NCBI GenBank assembly: GCA_963843515.1
Contig: CAWJKH010000004.1
Location: forward strand, 35,867-99,866
Direction: 5' to 3'
DNA: 64,000 nt
Source of the DNA: an uncultured Actinomycetota bacterium
Lineage (GTDB): Bacteria > Actinomycetota > Thermoleophilia > RBG-16-64-13
Position numbers and translations under genes: made by a program. The notes beneath the pieces are model-generated. The model had not been told where the DNA came from, made no database searches, and saw only the letters and a list, made by a program, of their open reading frames with translations. Positions 1 through 10,338 of this stretch are shown piece by piece (within the stretch, counting starts at the first letter, position 1; each line of letters begins with the position of its first letter).

Positions 1-501
1 CGCCTTGGAAGCTCCGAAGGCCCTCGTGGGTCGGAACCGGCGCTCGCCCTGCAGATCCGTGAAGTCGGGCCTGATCGTGGAAGGCGCGGTCACGTTTATG
101 ACTCGGGCCGGACTCGCCGTCCTGAGCGCAGGGAGGAGGAGGAGGGTCAGCAGGAATGGGGCCAACTGGTTCGTCGCAAACATCAATTCGAGCCCGTCCT
201 CAGTGACCCGCCTTTGCCTCACGAAGATGCCGGCGTCGTTGACCAGCACATTAAGGCGGTCGAAGCGCAGGCAGAAGTTGTCGGCGAGGTTGCGAACGGC
301 CGATTGGGAGGACAGGTCAGCGATGAAGAGATGGATGTCCTCGTTGCCGCTCGCGTTGATAATCTGCCGCACTACCTCGCGGCCACGTTGCTCGCGTCGG
401 GCGACGATAGCCACTGTGGCCCCCCTCCCGGCGAACGTGTGGGCGGTAGCCTCGCCTATCCCCGAGGTGGCACCAGTGACGAGGCAAACCAGGCCGGCCA
501 T
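1..501 (-). CDS. SDR family oxidoreductase (C-terminus beyond window start)
   Basis: Minus-strand translation from ATG at 501 reads MAGLVCLVTGATSGIGEATAHTFAGRGATVAIV... The TGxxxGIG Rossmann motif and NDAGI motif are classical SDR. No stop before the window edge. Confidence 0.7.
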   Translation of the reverse strand, partial: MAGLVCLVTGATSGIGEATAHTFAGRGATVAIVARREQRGREVVRQIINASGNEDIHLFIADLSSQSAVRNLADNFCLRFDRLNVLVNDAGIFVRQRRVTEDGLELMFATNQLAPFLLTLLLLPALRTASPARVINVTAPSTIRPDFTDLQGERRFRPTRAFGASKA

Positions 502-719
502 CGTGGCCGTGGACTTGCCCGTGTTAGCGGCTGAGACCGCATCGAGCTCTACTTGTGTCGACGTCAACCGCAGGCCCCCTGGTCTTTGCTTACCTATTGA
601 CTACCGCCGGGTCGACTGCCGTCGGCCCGGTGGTACCCGGAGATTGGCATCGCCAAGCCTGCGTGCCAATCAGCAGCTCCGCCGGACATTCGATTCACGA
701 CATCCCGCGTGGTCCTCCC

Positions 720-815
720 CGTTTCTGTCCGTCTGCTGGCGACGCGTTTGCCAGATTCCCGGCTTTCTAAAGCGGAGAGGGGGGATTCGAACCCCCGGCA
801 CGGTTCGGACGGGGT
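720..815 (+). repeat. Truncated copy of interspersed tRNA-like repeat family (5' GTCTGCTG..GCGTTTGCC part fused to 3' GCGGAGAGGGGGGATTCGAACCCCCGG module)
   Basis: Matches the family consensus at both ends. The middle ~80 nt are missing. Confidence 0.5.
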
Positions 816-831
816 GCTTGGCCGCCTGGAC

Positions 832-1620
832 CTAGACCTTCTGTAACTCGCGTTCCGCCTGCTCTGAGCGTCTTCGCTGGAGAGCCCATGGCGCAAGTGC
901 AAGCAAACATATAGAGCCGCCCACGATGGCGTCCACCACAAAGTGGTTGCCGGTCACGATGATCGTCAACGCCATGACCAGGGGCAGCGCCAGGACCAGC
1001 ACCTTGCTGACCCGTCGCGAGAGAGCCATACAGAGACACACGCCGCAGAGAAGGACCCAGCCGAAGTGGAAGCTCGGCATCGCCGCGTTCTGATTTGTGA
1101 GCGCACTCGGTCGAGTGACCTCTTCCAGGACCGAGTTACCGAGCTGGGCGGTGTCGAGGATGCCCATTGTCGTAAGACGCGGTGGCGCCACCGGGAAGCT
1201 TGCGAAAATGAAGAAGCCGATGAGCCCGGAGATGATCATGGCGTTGCGCAAGCTGCGGTAGATGTCGCGGTGCCGAAGGTAGAGATAGCCGAGGCTCCCC
1301 GCCAGCATCAGCCAGTAGCCCCAAGCGTAGACGAAATTGAGCAGGTGCACTACCAGCGGTAGGTGACCGAGGAATGCACTCTGCAGCGCAGTCTCCCAGT
1401 CTAGGTGGAGTACAGATTCGAGGCGCAGCAAGGCGGCCGCGTTCGCCGACGGCTCCATTCCCGAGTCGCGGACGAGAAGACGCACGCCGTAGTAGGCGCC
1501 CAGCGCGAGCGCAAGCAGAAGTAGCTCCCTGAGAACGCCCCTCGCTGTGATTCTTTCGGAGCTCAGTCGGACTGAGACGAACCCTAGACGATCCAGCAGT
1601 CTCCGAGACCAGTCAATCAT
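832..1620 (-). CDS. PAP2-superfamily membrane protein (PAP2_3 / inositol-phosphorylceramide-synthase-like)
   Basis: Multi-TM protein with PSFHFGW and NHFVVD motifs resembling the C2/C3 motifs of PAP2_3. Same strand as the GT4 gene and immediately downstream of it. Confidence 0.5.
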   Translation of the reverse strand: MIDWSRRLLDRLGFVSVRLSSERITARGVLRELLLLALALGAYYGVRLLVRDSGMEPSANAAALLRLESVLHLDWETALQSAFLGHLPLVVHLLNFVYAWGYWLMLAGSLGYLYLRHRDIYRSLRNAMIISGLIGFFIFASFPVAPPRLTTMGILDTAQLGNSVLEEVTRPSALTNQNAAMPSFHFGWVLLCGVCLCMALSRRVSKVLVLALPLVMALTIIVTGNHFVVDAIVGGSICLLALAPWALQRRRSEQAERELQKV

Positions 1621-1704
1621 TCTACCCGCAGTCAGGTGGTCTGAGGCAACGGCCGCGCCGTCGCAAGTCAGCGCATAGTTCCCCGAATCACGTGTCCGGC
1701 CAAA

Positions 1705-3219
1705 CTATCTGGACACCGGCGTCATTCTGCCGAGCACGCCGATTTCCGTGTGCTGCGTGAATTGCCACCAGAACTCCCCTGAAAGACGTGCTAGCTCGAG
1801 GTACCGCTCGACGACCGTCCCCCAGGACGCAAAGTGCAGGCGACAGAGATCGTGGAGCCGGTCGCGAAAAGCGGTACTGGCCGTGGGATAGCGGCTGAGA
1901 ACCGCTATCGTCAGGCGCGAGAGCTCCTCGGTAAGACATCGACCGGGGGTGAGGGCCTTCAGCTCGGGGTCCGCCAGGGCGTCCGCCACTACGTCGACTA
2001 CAGAGACGAGGCCGGAGTGGTAGGCCGCGAGGGGCAGCGCACCTGCGGAGAGCGCCTCGACGGTGACGAGCCCGACCGCCTCCGGGAACACAGACGGGGC
2101 AAGCGAGACGTCCGCAGCGGCAAAGAGCCGACCGAGCTCACTTGAGGTGAGATGGCCAAGAAAGTGTATCGGCAATGGGCCGACATGGGGCGTTGTGGAG
2201 GGAACCACCTCCCCGAAGGCTGGCGGACCGTGGAGCTCGTCCGCCTCATGGGCAAGCACATTCGCGGCCGCGACGTCCCCCTCACCGAGAAGTCTAGCCA
2301 GCTCCGTCAATGGCGCCCTGCTCGGGCCCTCACCCGCAATCAGCAAGCGGACAGAAGGAAAGTGCGCGACCACGCGGGGCAGACAACAGATGGCATACTG
2401 GACTCCTTTCGTCCACATGAGCCGACCGGCGAAGACGATGATGCGGTCCTCGGGACGCAATCGAAGCCTCCCAGCCAGCGGGACCTCTCGGCCTAGGGCT
2501 TCAATCGCAGCAGCTCGATCCGATGCAGGCGCAAAAGCCCGCACATCGACCCCCGGGGCGATTACAGAGGTCTTGCCCGCTATCTGCAGGCCCCGCTCGG
2601 CAGCCCAGGTCGTGATGTCGGCGGCGCCTGGTTCTGAGACAGTCACTACGGCCGCGGCGGCCTCGAGACCTTCCACGGTGTAGGGGACGAGACGCGCGTC
2701 CTCCTTGACGCTGAAGTTGAGTTCCGACCCATGAACGGTGACGACGCATGGAGCAGAGGTGAGCGCGTTCTTGACCAGGTACGGGTTCATCATGGCGTGA
2801 TTGGCAAGGATGACGTCAGGGGGCCAGGCCGCGAATACCGCACGTAGGGCAGAAATGTTGTCCCGTACGTATTCATCTATCCACTCAGTGGGACTGTCTT
2901 GAAACGCCCTTACCCGCTCGGCCTCAAAACCGGGGAAAGGACCGTCCACGTACACGAGCAGGCGACGGAGGTGTGGCCGCACGAGCCGGCAGCGTCCTTC
3001 ATAGAATGTCTGTCCCACGTCACCGAGTCGGACGGGCTGGAGATTGTCTTCCCCGAAGGCATAGACGGTGTCGATGAAGTCGCACAAAGCGGGGTTGCGG
3101 TCCTGACAGACCAGAGTGACATCATGACCCTGCCGGACCAGTTCACGCGCCACTTCGCGTACGTATATCCCGCTCCCGGAGTCATGAAGGTAGTACCCAT
3201 GAATAACGGCGACACGCAC
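1705..3219 (-). CDS. Glycosyltransferase family 4 with C-terminal extension
   Basis: RVAVIHGYYLHDSGSGIYV N-terminus and an E..FPEAVGLV..EALSAG GT4 C-domain. The likely start is GTG at 3219, preceded by GGAGG at 5 nt. The ORF track extends to 3417. Confidence 0.75.
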   Translation of the reverse strand: MRVAVIHGYYLHDSGSGIYVREVARELVRQGHDVTLVCQDRNPALCDFIDTVYAFGEDNLQPVRLGDVGQTFYEGRCRLVRPHLRRLLVYVDGPFPGFEAERVRAFQDSPTEWIDEYVRDNISALRAVFAAWPPDVILANHAMMNPYLVKNALTSAPCVVTVHGSELNFSVKEDARLVPYTVEGLEAAAAVVTVSEPGAADITTWAAERGLQIAGKTSVIAPGVDVRAFAPASDRAAAIEALGREVPLAGRLRLRPEDRIIVFAGRLMWTKGVQYAICCLPRVVAHFPSVRLLIAGEGPSRAPLTELARLLGEGDVAAANVLAHEADELHGPPAFGEVVPSTTPHVGPLPIHFLGHLTSSELGRLFAAADVSLAPSVFPEAVGLVTVEALSAGALPLAAYHSGLVSVVDVVADALADPELKALTPGRCLTEELSRLTIAVLSRYPTASTAFRDRLHDLCRLHFASWGTVVERYLELARLSGEFWWQFTQHTEIGVLGRMTPVSR

Positions 3220-3519
3220 TGCGACCTCCAGGACGCCTGGGGCTGGGGCAATCTGACCTCTCGCTCGGAGAACCGAGGGTAGCACTGCTCCCAGGGTACA
3301 ACGAGTCTTCCGAGTGGACCGGCCTCTCGCTGGAACTACGGCCTGTCGGGTTGCGCGTGCGGCGCTCCGAGGCCATGAAGAAGGGCCGCTGGAGTGGCAA
3401 CCGGGAGCCATACCCACTCGAAACCCGTGCGTGTATCGAACTGACGGCGGGCGGGTACTCTCCGAGCGCCGTCGGACGGCAGCTCAAGCGTAGACCATCG
3501 CCGCACAGGGAGAAGTGCC

Positions 3520-3996
3520 ATGGCAGTCATGCAAGATCGGATCGTTCCGCACCTCTGGTATGACAAGGAAGCAAGAGAAGCAGCCGAGTTCTACTGCTCG
3601 GTGTTTCCAGATTCGAGCATCACGAACGTCACAACACTCCACGACACGCCGTCGGGAGATGCCGAGATGGTCTCCTTCGTGCTCGATGGCCGGCCCTTCA
3701 TGGCTATCAGCGCCGGACCCGTGTTCAGGTTCAACGAGTCCATCTCGTTCATCGTGTACTGCGAGAACCAAGAGGAGATCGATTACTATTGGGACAAGCT
3801 CTCCGCGGTTCCCGAGGCCGAGCAGTGCGGCTGGCTCAAGGACAAATATGGGCTCTCCTGGCAGGTCGTTCCCACCGCGATGAATACCATGATGCGGGAC
3901 ACGGACCCTGTGAGATTGGCCCGCGTGACCGAGGCGTTCCTCCAGATGAAGAAGTTCGATCTGGCCGCGCTTCAGAGGGCTTACGACGGGGAGTAG
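3520..3996 (+). CDS. VOC-family (PhnB-like / 3-demethylubiquinone-9 methyltransferase-like domain) protein
   Basis: 158 aa; MAVMQDRIVPHLWYDKEAREAAEFY... matches the PhnB-like glyoxalase fold family. GGGAGAAG lies upstream of the ATG. Confidence 0.8.
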   Translation: MAVMQDRIVPHLWYDKEAREAAEFYCSVFPDSSITNVTTLHDTPSGDAEMVSFVLDGRPFMAISAGPVFRFNESISFIVYCENQEEIDYYWDKLSAVPEAEQCGWLKDKYGLSWQVVPTAMNTMMRDTDPVRLARVTEAFLQMKKFDLAALQRAYDGE

Positions 3997-4164
3997 CCGC
4001 CCGCCGGAGCACATTGCCCGCATACTTTTCGAACGCGCTGCTTGAGGTCGAGTCCGACCGCCGCTTTCTCCCGCGGGTCCCCGGGGATGCACTCCCTGCT
4101 GATGACGGACCATATTCAGGTCGGCGGTGTGGTGCCAGTCTCATCTGACATCGATCCGTCAGTT

Positions 4165-4330
4165 CCGCTCCGTTTGCTGCTGCTGAGCTTGCCCCCGACT
4201 TGCCACCGAACTCGCCCCAAAGACGCGAAAACCCGGCTTTTGCGACCGGGCTCCGATCTGCCGTCCTCGGCTTTCGAAAGCGGAGAGGGGGGATTAGAAC
4301 CCCCGGTCCCGCTTGCGCGGCACAAGCGAG
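4165..4330 (+). repeat. Interspersed tRNA-like repeat family copy
   Basis: Carries TTGCCCCCGACTTGCCACCGAACTCGCC, the ACCCGG/CCGGG hairpin, and GCGGAGAGGGGGGATTAGAACCCCCGG. Confidence 0.7.
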
Positions 4331-4359
4331 ACGGAGGCCCGGCAGCCTTTCGGCCGCCT

Positions 4360-5043
4360 CTACGGCAGGAACTGCTCGTCGATGCTGACTACCAGCGGGC
4401 CGTCCCGCTCGATCCACCAGGGCATCCCGTGCAGGTGGGTGGCGTCGGCCGGGGCCGCAGCGCTCCAGAAGCTCTTGAACTGGGCCCAACTGACAGGGTG
4501 GTCCATTATCCCTTTCCAGGTGGACGTGGTGATGGGGACGGAGTTGGACACCTCGAAGACTCTCTTCTGCGGGTTATCGTTCTGGATCCAGTAGTCGTTC
4601 GGCACGTGGTCGCCCGGCTCTATCTCGCCGGCCGCAACGGCAGCCGCGTCCGCCTCCGCCCCGGTCAGCATCTCGGCATAGTCGATGCTGATGTAGCGCT
4701 TGCCGTCCTTGACGTATACCTTGTCGATGTAGCCCATGGCCTTGATGTGGCCGTTGGAGAGCCGGGTCTCGGCGCTGGAGAGCTTCTCAGTGGTCGTGGT
4801 GGTCCCCTCGAGGCCAGTCGTGGTGGTCTCTTCGAGCATCGACGTGGTGGTTGTGCTCTCGAATATCGCCCCGGTGGTGGTGGTCACCTCGACTGCGCCC
4901 GCGGTGGTCGTGGCCACCTCCGGGGCCGCGGCCGTAGTGTTGGTCGTGCTGTTTCCGCTGCCGCTGCAGCCGGCCACGACCAGCACCGCCGCAAGTAGTG
5001 CGGGGATAAGGACGGCGAGTGCGACGCGTCTCTTAGACTTCAC
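4360..5043 (-). CDS. Secreted lipoprotein with Thr-rich linker
   Basis: Signal peptide with lipobox LVVAGC and a TTTT-rich linker. GTG start with AGGAGGTGG upstream. Confidence 0.6.
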   Translation of the reverse strand: MKSKRRVALAVLIPALLAAVLVVAGCSGSGNSTTNTTAAAPEVATTTAGAVEVTTTTGAIFESTTTTSMLEETTTTGLEGTTTTTEKLSSAETRLSNGHIKAMGYIDKVYVKDGKRYISIDYAEMLTGAEADAAAVAAGEIEPGDHVPNDYWIQNDNPQKRVFEVSNSVPITTSTWKGIMDHPVSWAQFKSFWSAAAPADATHLHGMPWWIERDGPLVVSIDEQFLP

Positions 5044-5395
5044 CGGACCCCCACCTCCTCATTGGAGAGACTAGCGACATGAGAAGCCAGGCGCGGATGT
5101 GAACTAGTGCGAGACCCCTCTCCGGCCGCCCATCTGAGCTTTGAATGGAGGGAAATACTGCCCTCCCTATTAATCGACTATAGGCCGTTTGTGTCTTGCG
5201 TCAACAGGGGAAGTTGCGGCCTCGACCGGCAAGGGCTTCGCGGCAGCCGAACGGGGAACACTGGCTGCTGCTACCGCCAACTCCAAGCGTTGCGCGGCTG
5301 TGGTCATCGCCCCCCGCTCACCCTTGGCGTGATTGGCGCGTCGACGGGCGTGGCGTGAGGGGGGAACTCTCTTCACGTTGATATACTGCTGTCCA

Positions 5396-8290
5396 ATGGA
5401 TAACGACACGCCCCGCAGTTTGCGCGAGCAGCAACCGCGGCTGCACGGGCGTAGCCACGCCTCTCGTTTCCGAACGATTGCCCTCGTTGTGGCGATCGCG
5501 GTCGTCGCCATCATCGCGCTCACGATTTTCATGCGCTACTACGTCGACTGGCTCTGGTTCGGCGAGGTGGCCCTGCGCACAGTCTTCTGGAGGCGGATCG
5601 TCACCGGTCTCATCGTCGGGGTTGTCTTTGCGGTCGTCTTCTTCGCCATCGTGTATGGCAATGTGGAGATCGCTCGCCGGTTAGCCCTCAAATACCACCC
5701 TGTAGACGGCGTTGACATCGTGGAGCCGGTGAACGAGCAGGCGGTTCGGCGGCTCCGGCAGGTGGGGCTGGCGCTCTCAATCGTGATTGGCGTGGCCGTC
5801 GGCTTTTCTACCGCTGGTTCGTGGCTGACGTTCTCCCAGGCTTTCAACGCCGTCCCCTTTGGGATCGACGATCCTATCTTCCATCACGACCTGTCGTTCT
5901 ACGTCTTTGTCGTGCCGGCCTGGCAGTATGTCTACTCGGTCCTGTTCGCCGCGCTGATCGTCGCTCTGGTAGTGACGGTCGCCGCGCATTTCGTGCTCGG
6001 CGGCGTGCAGGTGGAACAGCGCGCCCTGACTGAGTCCAAAGCGGCAGCGCAGGAGCAGGACGCGTTGAAGATGGCCCGTAGCGCGGTGCGAGCGGCCGGC
6101 GTGCACGTCGATCGCCGGACCGTGGCCCACGTCTCCGGGCTCCTTGGGGCGCTGTTCATCCTGGCTGGGGCGGGCTACCTGCTCAAGGCCTGGAACCTCC
6201 TCTATTCCACCTCCGGCGCGGTCTTCGGCGCCGGCTACACCGACGTTCACGTTCGCCTGCCGCTCATCCGCTTCCTGATGGTGGTGGCTTTCCTGCTCGG
6301 CGGAGCGCTCATCTACAACGCCGTGCGGGGCCGGCGCCGCCTCTGGCCGCCTCTGGCTATCGGCGTGTGGATAGTCGCCCTCATCGTCTTCCTGGCCATC
6401 GTGCCGGCGGCATGGCAGGCGCTCAGCGTGAATCCGAACCAACTCACGAAGGAAACCCCTTACATCGCCAACAACATTGCCGCCACCCGCTCGGCCTACG
6501 ACCTGACGGCGATCAGCGAGACCCCCTACTCACTACAGGGTGATCTCACCGCCGCTCAGCTACTCGTGAACAAGGTGACGATAGGCAACGTGCGTCTCTG
6601 GGATCCGGAGATACTGCTCACGAGCTATGGCCAGCTGCAAGAACTCCGGCCGTACTACTCCTTCGGGAGCGTCAGCGTCGATAGATACCTTGTTAACGGC
6701 ACCTACACCCAGACCATGCTCGCTCCGCGCGAGCTACGGGTCGCCGGCCTGCCGGCCCAGGCCCAGACCTGGGTGAACCAGCACATCACCTATACCCACG
6801 GCTACGGGGTGACCGTGTCGGCGGTGAACCAGGTGGCCTCCGGCGGTTCGCCGGACTTCCTCGTGCAAGATGTCCCGCTGGTGTCTTCGACGCCGGCTCT
6901 TGCCGTGACCGAGCCTCGCATCTACTACGGACGCGCCGGCGCCGACTACCTCTTGGTCAAGACCAAGGACCAGGAGTTCGACTACCCGGGCCCCAACGGC
7001 GACGTCTACACCAGCTACACCGGCAACGGCGGCATCCCCGTGGGTTCGTTCCTGAACAAGCTCGCGTTCATGATGCGTTTCGGCAGTCTCAAGTTCTTCA
7101 CAGCGTCGTCGATCACCGCTGACAGCCGGGTGATCATCAAGAACAGTATCGGCGACCGCCTGATCGCGGCCGCGCCGTTCCTCAAGTTCGATGGCAACCC
7201 CTACATGGTGATAGCCGACGGCAAGCTCTACTGGATCGCCGACGCCTACACCACGACCAGCCGCTACCCCTACTCGCAGCCGGACGGTGCGCTCAACTAC
7301 ATCCGTAATTCCGTGAAGGTGGTCATCGACGCCTACAACGGCACGATGAGCTTCTACGTGTTTGACCCGAGTGATCCGCTCATCCAGACCTACGAGAAGA
7401 TCTTTCCCGGCATGTTCAAGGCGGAGGCCGAGATGCCGACCGCCCTCAGCCAGCACGTGCGCTACCCCGAGGACCTGTTCATGACGCAGGCCCGGATGTT
7501 CGCCACCTATCACGTGACCGATCCCGCCGTGCTCTACAGCAAGGGAAACCAGTGGGAGATACCCAGCAACGTGTCGATCTCCGAGGGAGCTCCGATGAGT
7601 CCCTATTACATGATCATGCGGCTGCCGGGCCAGACCCACGAGGAGTTCGTCCTCATTCTGCCCTACGTGCCCAACGATCGAAGCAATATGATCGCCTGGC
7701 TCGGAGCCCAGTCTGACCCCCCGGAGTACGGCAAGGCGGTGAGCTTCGAGTTTCCCTCCAGCCTTAACGTCTACGGCCCGGCCCAAGTCGAGGCCGCCAT
7801 CAACCAGGACCCGGCGATCTCGGCCCAGCGCACCCTCTGGGGTCAGCAGGGTTCCACCGTGGTCTTCGGCAACCTGCTCACGGTGCCGATCGGCAACTCG
7901 CTGCTCTACGTGCAGCCGCTCTACCTGCAGTCCTTGCAAACGCAGTTGCCGCAGATCCAGCGCATCATCGTCTTCTACCGATCGCCGTCGGCGACCCCCA
8001 ACCTGCCCTCCGGCCAACAGCAGAACGTGGTGATGGCGCCGACTCTCGGTGAGGCGCTCACGGCGATCTTCGGCGGCGCCGGAGCTCAGCCCGGAGGGGG
8101 AACCACGCCGCCGCCCACCACCGGAGGGACGAGCGCTGCCGTGGCCCAACTGATCGCCCAAGCCGCTGCCAAATACGCGGACGCCCAGGCGGCGCTGCGC
8201 GCGGGCGACCTGGCCACTTTCGCACAGGATATCCAGGAGCTGGGCACCATACTCACGCAGCTTCAGGCTGCGTCGGGGACGGGCGGCTAG
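5396..8290 (+). CDS. UPF0182-family large membrane protein
   Basis: About 960 aa with an N-terminal polytopic membrane region, a large extracytoplasmic domain and a Gly/Thr-rich C-terminus. This architecture matches actinobacterial UPF0182 (COG1615). The start was chosen at the internal ATG (MDNDT); the ORF track starts at 5333. Confidence 0.6.
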   Translation: MDNDTPRSLREQQPRLHGRSHASRFRTIALVVAIAVVAIIALTIFMRYYVDWLWFGEVALRTVFWRRIVTGLIVGVVFAVVFFAIVYGNVEIARRLALKYHPVDGVDIVEPVNEQAVRRLRQVGLALSIVIGVAVGFSTAGSWLTFSQAFNAVPFGIDDPIFHHDLSFYVFVVPAWQYVYSVLFAALIVALVVTVAAHFVLGGVQVEQRALTESKAAAQEQDALKMARSAVRAAGVHVDRRTVAHVSGLLGALFILAGAGYLLKAWNLLYSTSGAVFGAGYTDVHVRLPLIRFLMVVAFLLGGALIYNAVRGRRRLWPPLAIGVWIVALIVFLAIVPAAWQALSVNPNQLTKETPYIANNIAATRSAYDLTAISETPYSLQGDLTAAQLLVNKVTIGNVRLWDPEILLTSYGQLQELRPYYSFGSVSVDRYLVNGTYTQTMLAPRELRVAGLPAQAQTWVNQHITYTHGYGVTVSAVNQVASGGSPDFLVQDVPLVSSTPALAVTEPRIYYGRAGADYLLVKTKDQEFDYPGPNGDVYTSYTGNGGIPVGSFLNKLAFMMRFGSLKFFTASSITADSRVIIKNSIGDRLIAAAPFLKFDGNPYMVIADGKLYWIADAYTTTSRYPYSQPDGALNYIRNSVKVVIDAYNGTMSFYVFDPSDPLIQTYEKIFPGMFKAEAEMPTALSQHVRYPEDLFMTQARMFATYHVTDPAVLYSKGNQWEIPSNVSISEGAPMSPYYMIMRLPGQTHEEFVLILPYVPNDRSNMIAWLGAQSDPPEYGKAVSFEFPSSLNVYGPAQVEAAINQDPAISAQRTLWGQQGSTVVFGNLLTVPIGNSLLYVQPLYLQSLQTQLPQIQRIIVFYRSPSATPNLPSGQQQNVVMAPTLGEALTAIFGGAGAQPGGGTTPPPTTGGTSAAVAQLIAQAAAKYADAQAALRAGDLATFAQDIQELGTILTQLQAASGTGG

Positions 8291-8481
8291 GAACCTTCCC
8301 CGCGGATACAGGGTGAACTCAGCGAGTCACGCTCCAATCGCCCTCTTCCACCTTCGCCCGACCTTGATCCATTTGGCCCTCTAGACGGCGCAGATAGGTG
8401 GTGGTTACCGCCAGCGATCTGCGCGGACTTAATCCCCGGGCAAACCGGGCAGAAGCATCGGACCGTTAGGACACTGGCCGC

Positions 8482-10338
8482 TTACTCAGGGTTCGTGGGC
8501 GGAATGACCGGCAGAACAACGTGAGATGGGCGGTCTTTGTCATGGTAGATGGTGTCCCGGCCCACCTTTAGCCCGTAGTAGTGACCGCCGAAATCAAAGG
8601 CGTTTGAGTCATAGCACGCCAGATCCACTCTGATCCGATGGCCCTGCGGGAAACAACAGGACGTGGCCCATACCTCGATTGCGAACTCATAGGGCTTTCC
8701 AGGCTCCAGCGGCTGAGGTTTGTCATGGCGGTAGTAGGGGCGGTACGGAACGGACTTTCCCTCATCTTTGGTGGCGGCATGAGAGGCCTTCAGCCATCCG
8801 CGCGTGAGCATCAACGCGCGAGGAGGCATGCCTGGAACCTGCTCCTCATCGGGGAACTGGTCGACGAGCCGCACGAAGAAGTCAGTGTCCGTCTGGTCAG
8901 ACGAGGCCCACAGGTTGAGAACGATGTTCCCGATGACATCGACGTCGTGCTCAAGAGGATCGCTGGCAAATGTGAGGATCTTTTTCACTGGGTTCGGGAT
9001 ACCGTCCTCCATTACAGCCGTGCCCAGGCCCGAGAAGTGTGACCAATCCGGATCAGGATAGTCGTAGCTGGTCCACGCCCGCGTGACATCGGCCTTGGTC
9101 TCGGTTTCGGCGACCTTCTCCGGCGGCCACCCGGTCATTGGAGGTTCGCCGCTGACTTCGCCGGTGAACGTCGGCTTCTCTCGCGGGGCAGGCCCCGGGG
9201 CAGGCTCGGCCGTCGGCGCATCCCATGTAAGGAGGCCGTCGTTCAGGGAATCGACTGCCCCACTCGGCCCTGCGGCGAGATAGAGCCTGCGGTAGTCCGT
9301 ACGGCCAATCGGCCACTCCTTCTCGGTTTGGTAGACCTCCCGGTTGCGGACGAACACTGTCACCGGATCCTCCTGCATGAAGCCGGTGTCGTTGCCCTTC
9401 AGCCAGTGGTCGTACCAGCGTAGATGGAGCAGTTTCATTTCACGGCTGTTGAAGATCGCCATCTCGTCACCTTCGAAATCCCCGTGGCAGAGGAGCAGCT
9501 TCTTCGGCGCCTGGATCTCTTCATAGCCCCGGACGTTGCCGCGAAGGTGAATACCAACTTTGTGAAGGATGCCGATGCTGTAGACCGGGACCTTAATCCT
9601 GGAAAAATCTGGGATGCGGATCTGCCAGAACTCATCGCAGGTGGGATGGTGCATTACGTTCCAAGGCAGGTCCCAGGCCCCGATGCTGTCCGCCGGTCCG
9701 TGCTTGCCCAAGCGATAGTTGGCCCGAATCTCAGCCGTCCACCAGTTCGCCGGGAAGCCCAGAGCCATGTTCCCGCCATGGAACGCCACGTCCCTGTACA
9801 TGTCGGCGCCGCCGTCGAAGGGCGCGATGCACACGAGATGCGGCGGTTGCATGGCTGCAGTGAACCACTGCACCCAAGCGAGCAGCGACTCACCAAGCGA
9901 CCCCACCCTGCCGGTGCACCAAGGCTGGATAGCGATCCATTCAACCATATCGTAGAGGTCGTTCTGTTCCTCTTGGCTGAAGAGTTGGAACTCACCCTCT
10001 ACCGACTTCCCCGTGCCCCGGATGTCCTGATGAACGTACACGTAACCGCGAGATACGAACCACTCGATATCGTTGGTTTCGCGGAAGTGAAAGACGGGCC
10101 ATTGAGGCAGGTACTCGAGGTCCTTCTGATAACCGCTGACTGCGTAAAGGGCTGGGAACTGGCCGGGGGCGTCCGGCCGGAAGATGTCGCAAGCAACCCG
10201 CACCCCATCGCGCACGGTCACCATGACATCGCGCTCGACCACCACCTTGTACTGGGGCTTGCTCAGCTTGTCTTCCGGAAAGTCCTTCGGAAGCATGGTC
10301 GACATGATCTCGGGCTTCAGAATCTTGCTGTACATCAC
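8482..10338 (-). CDS. CocE/NonD family hydrolase (X-Pro dipeptidyl-peptidase-like, S15)
   Basis: RDGVRVACDIFRPDAPGQFPALYAVSGYQKD.. and a C-terminal beta-sandwich region typical of CocE/NonD. Confidence 0.75.
   Translation of the reverse strand: MMYSKILKPEIMSTMLPKDFPEDKLSKPQYKVVVERDVMVTVRDGVRVACDIFRPDAPGQFPALYAVSGYQKDLEYLPQWPVFHFRETNDIEWFVSRGYVYVHQDIRGTGKSVEGEFQLFSQEEQNDLYDMVEWIAIQPWCTGRVGSLGESLLAWVQWFTAAMQPPHLVCIAPFDGGADMYRDVAFHGGNMALGFPANWWTAEIRANYRLGKHGPADSIGAWDLPWNVMHHPTCDEFWQIRIPDFSRIKVPVYSIGILHKVGIHLRGNVRGYEEIQAPKKLLLCHGDFEGDEMAIFNSREMKLLHLRWYDHWLKGNDTGFMQEDPVTVFVRNREVYQTEKEWPIGRTDYRRLYLAAGPSGAVDSLNDGLLTWDAPTAEPAPGPAPREKPTFTGEVSGEPPMTGWPPEKVAETETKADVTRAWTSYDYPDPDWSHFSGLGTAVMEDGIPNPVKKILTFASDPLEHDVDVIGNIVLNLWASSDQTDTDFFVRLVDQFPDEEQVPGMPPRALMLTRGWLKASHAATKDEGKSVPYRPYYRHDKPQPLEPGKPYEFAIEVWATSCCFPQGHRIRVDLACYDSNAFDFGGHYYGLKVGRDTIYHDKDRPSHVVLPVIPPTNPE

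Noticed and set aside
5-835. 276-aa + strand ORF at the window start
   Set aside because: It is the antisense shadow of a clear minus-strand SDR gene. Its composition is Arg/Ala/Ser-rich, typical of high-GC off-frame translation.
775-865. Genuine tRNA genes at the GGGGGTTCGAATCCCCC-CTCTCCGC sites (minus strand)
   Set aside because: Only the T-arm and 3' acceptor strand are present. The expected 5' acceptor strand GCGGAGAG, D-arm and anticodon arm are absent from the flanks in every copy.
4200-4388. Short ORFs recurring across repeat copies (MPPNSP.RRENP...GGIRTPG / GGDSNPRY / GGFEPPVP), for example at 4200, 13928, 20293, 22848, 26990, 29093, 33575, 40941, 45642 and 50056
   Set aside because: Downstream of the shared start, the reading frame differs between copies (IRTPG vs DSNPRY vs FEPPVP). 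The indels are not frame-preserving, so conservation is at the nucleotide or structure level and not protein-coding.
4042-4998. 318-aa + ORF overlapping the lipoprotein gene
   Set aside because: Antisense to a minus-strand gene that has a lipobox signal and RBS. It has low-complexity Gly/Arg/Leu composition.
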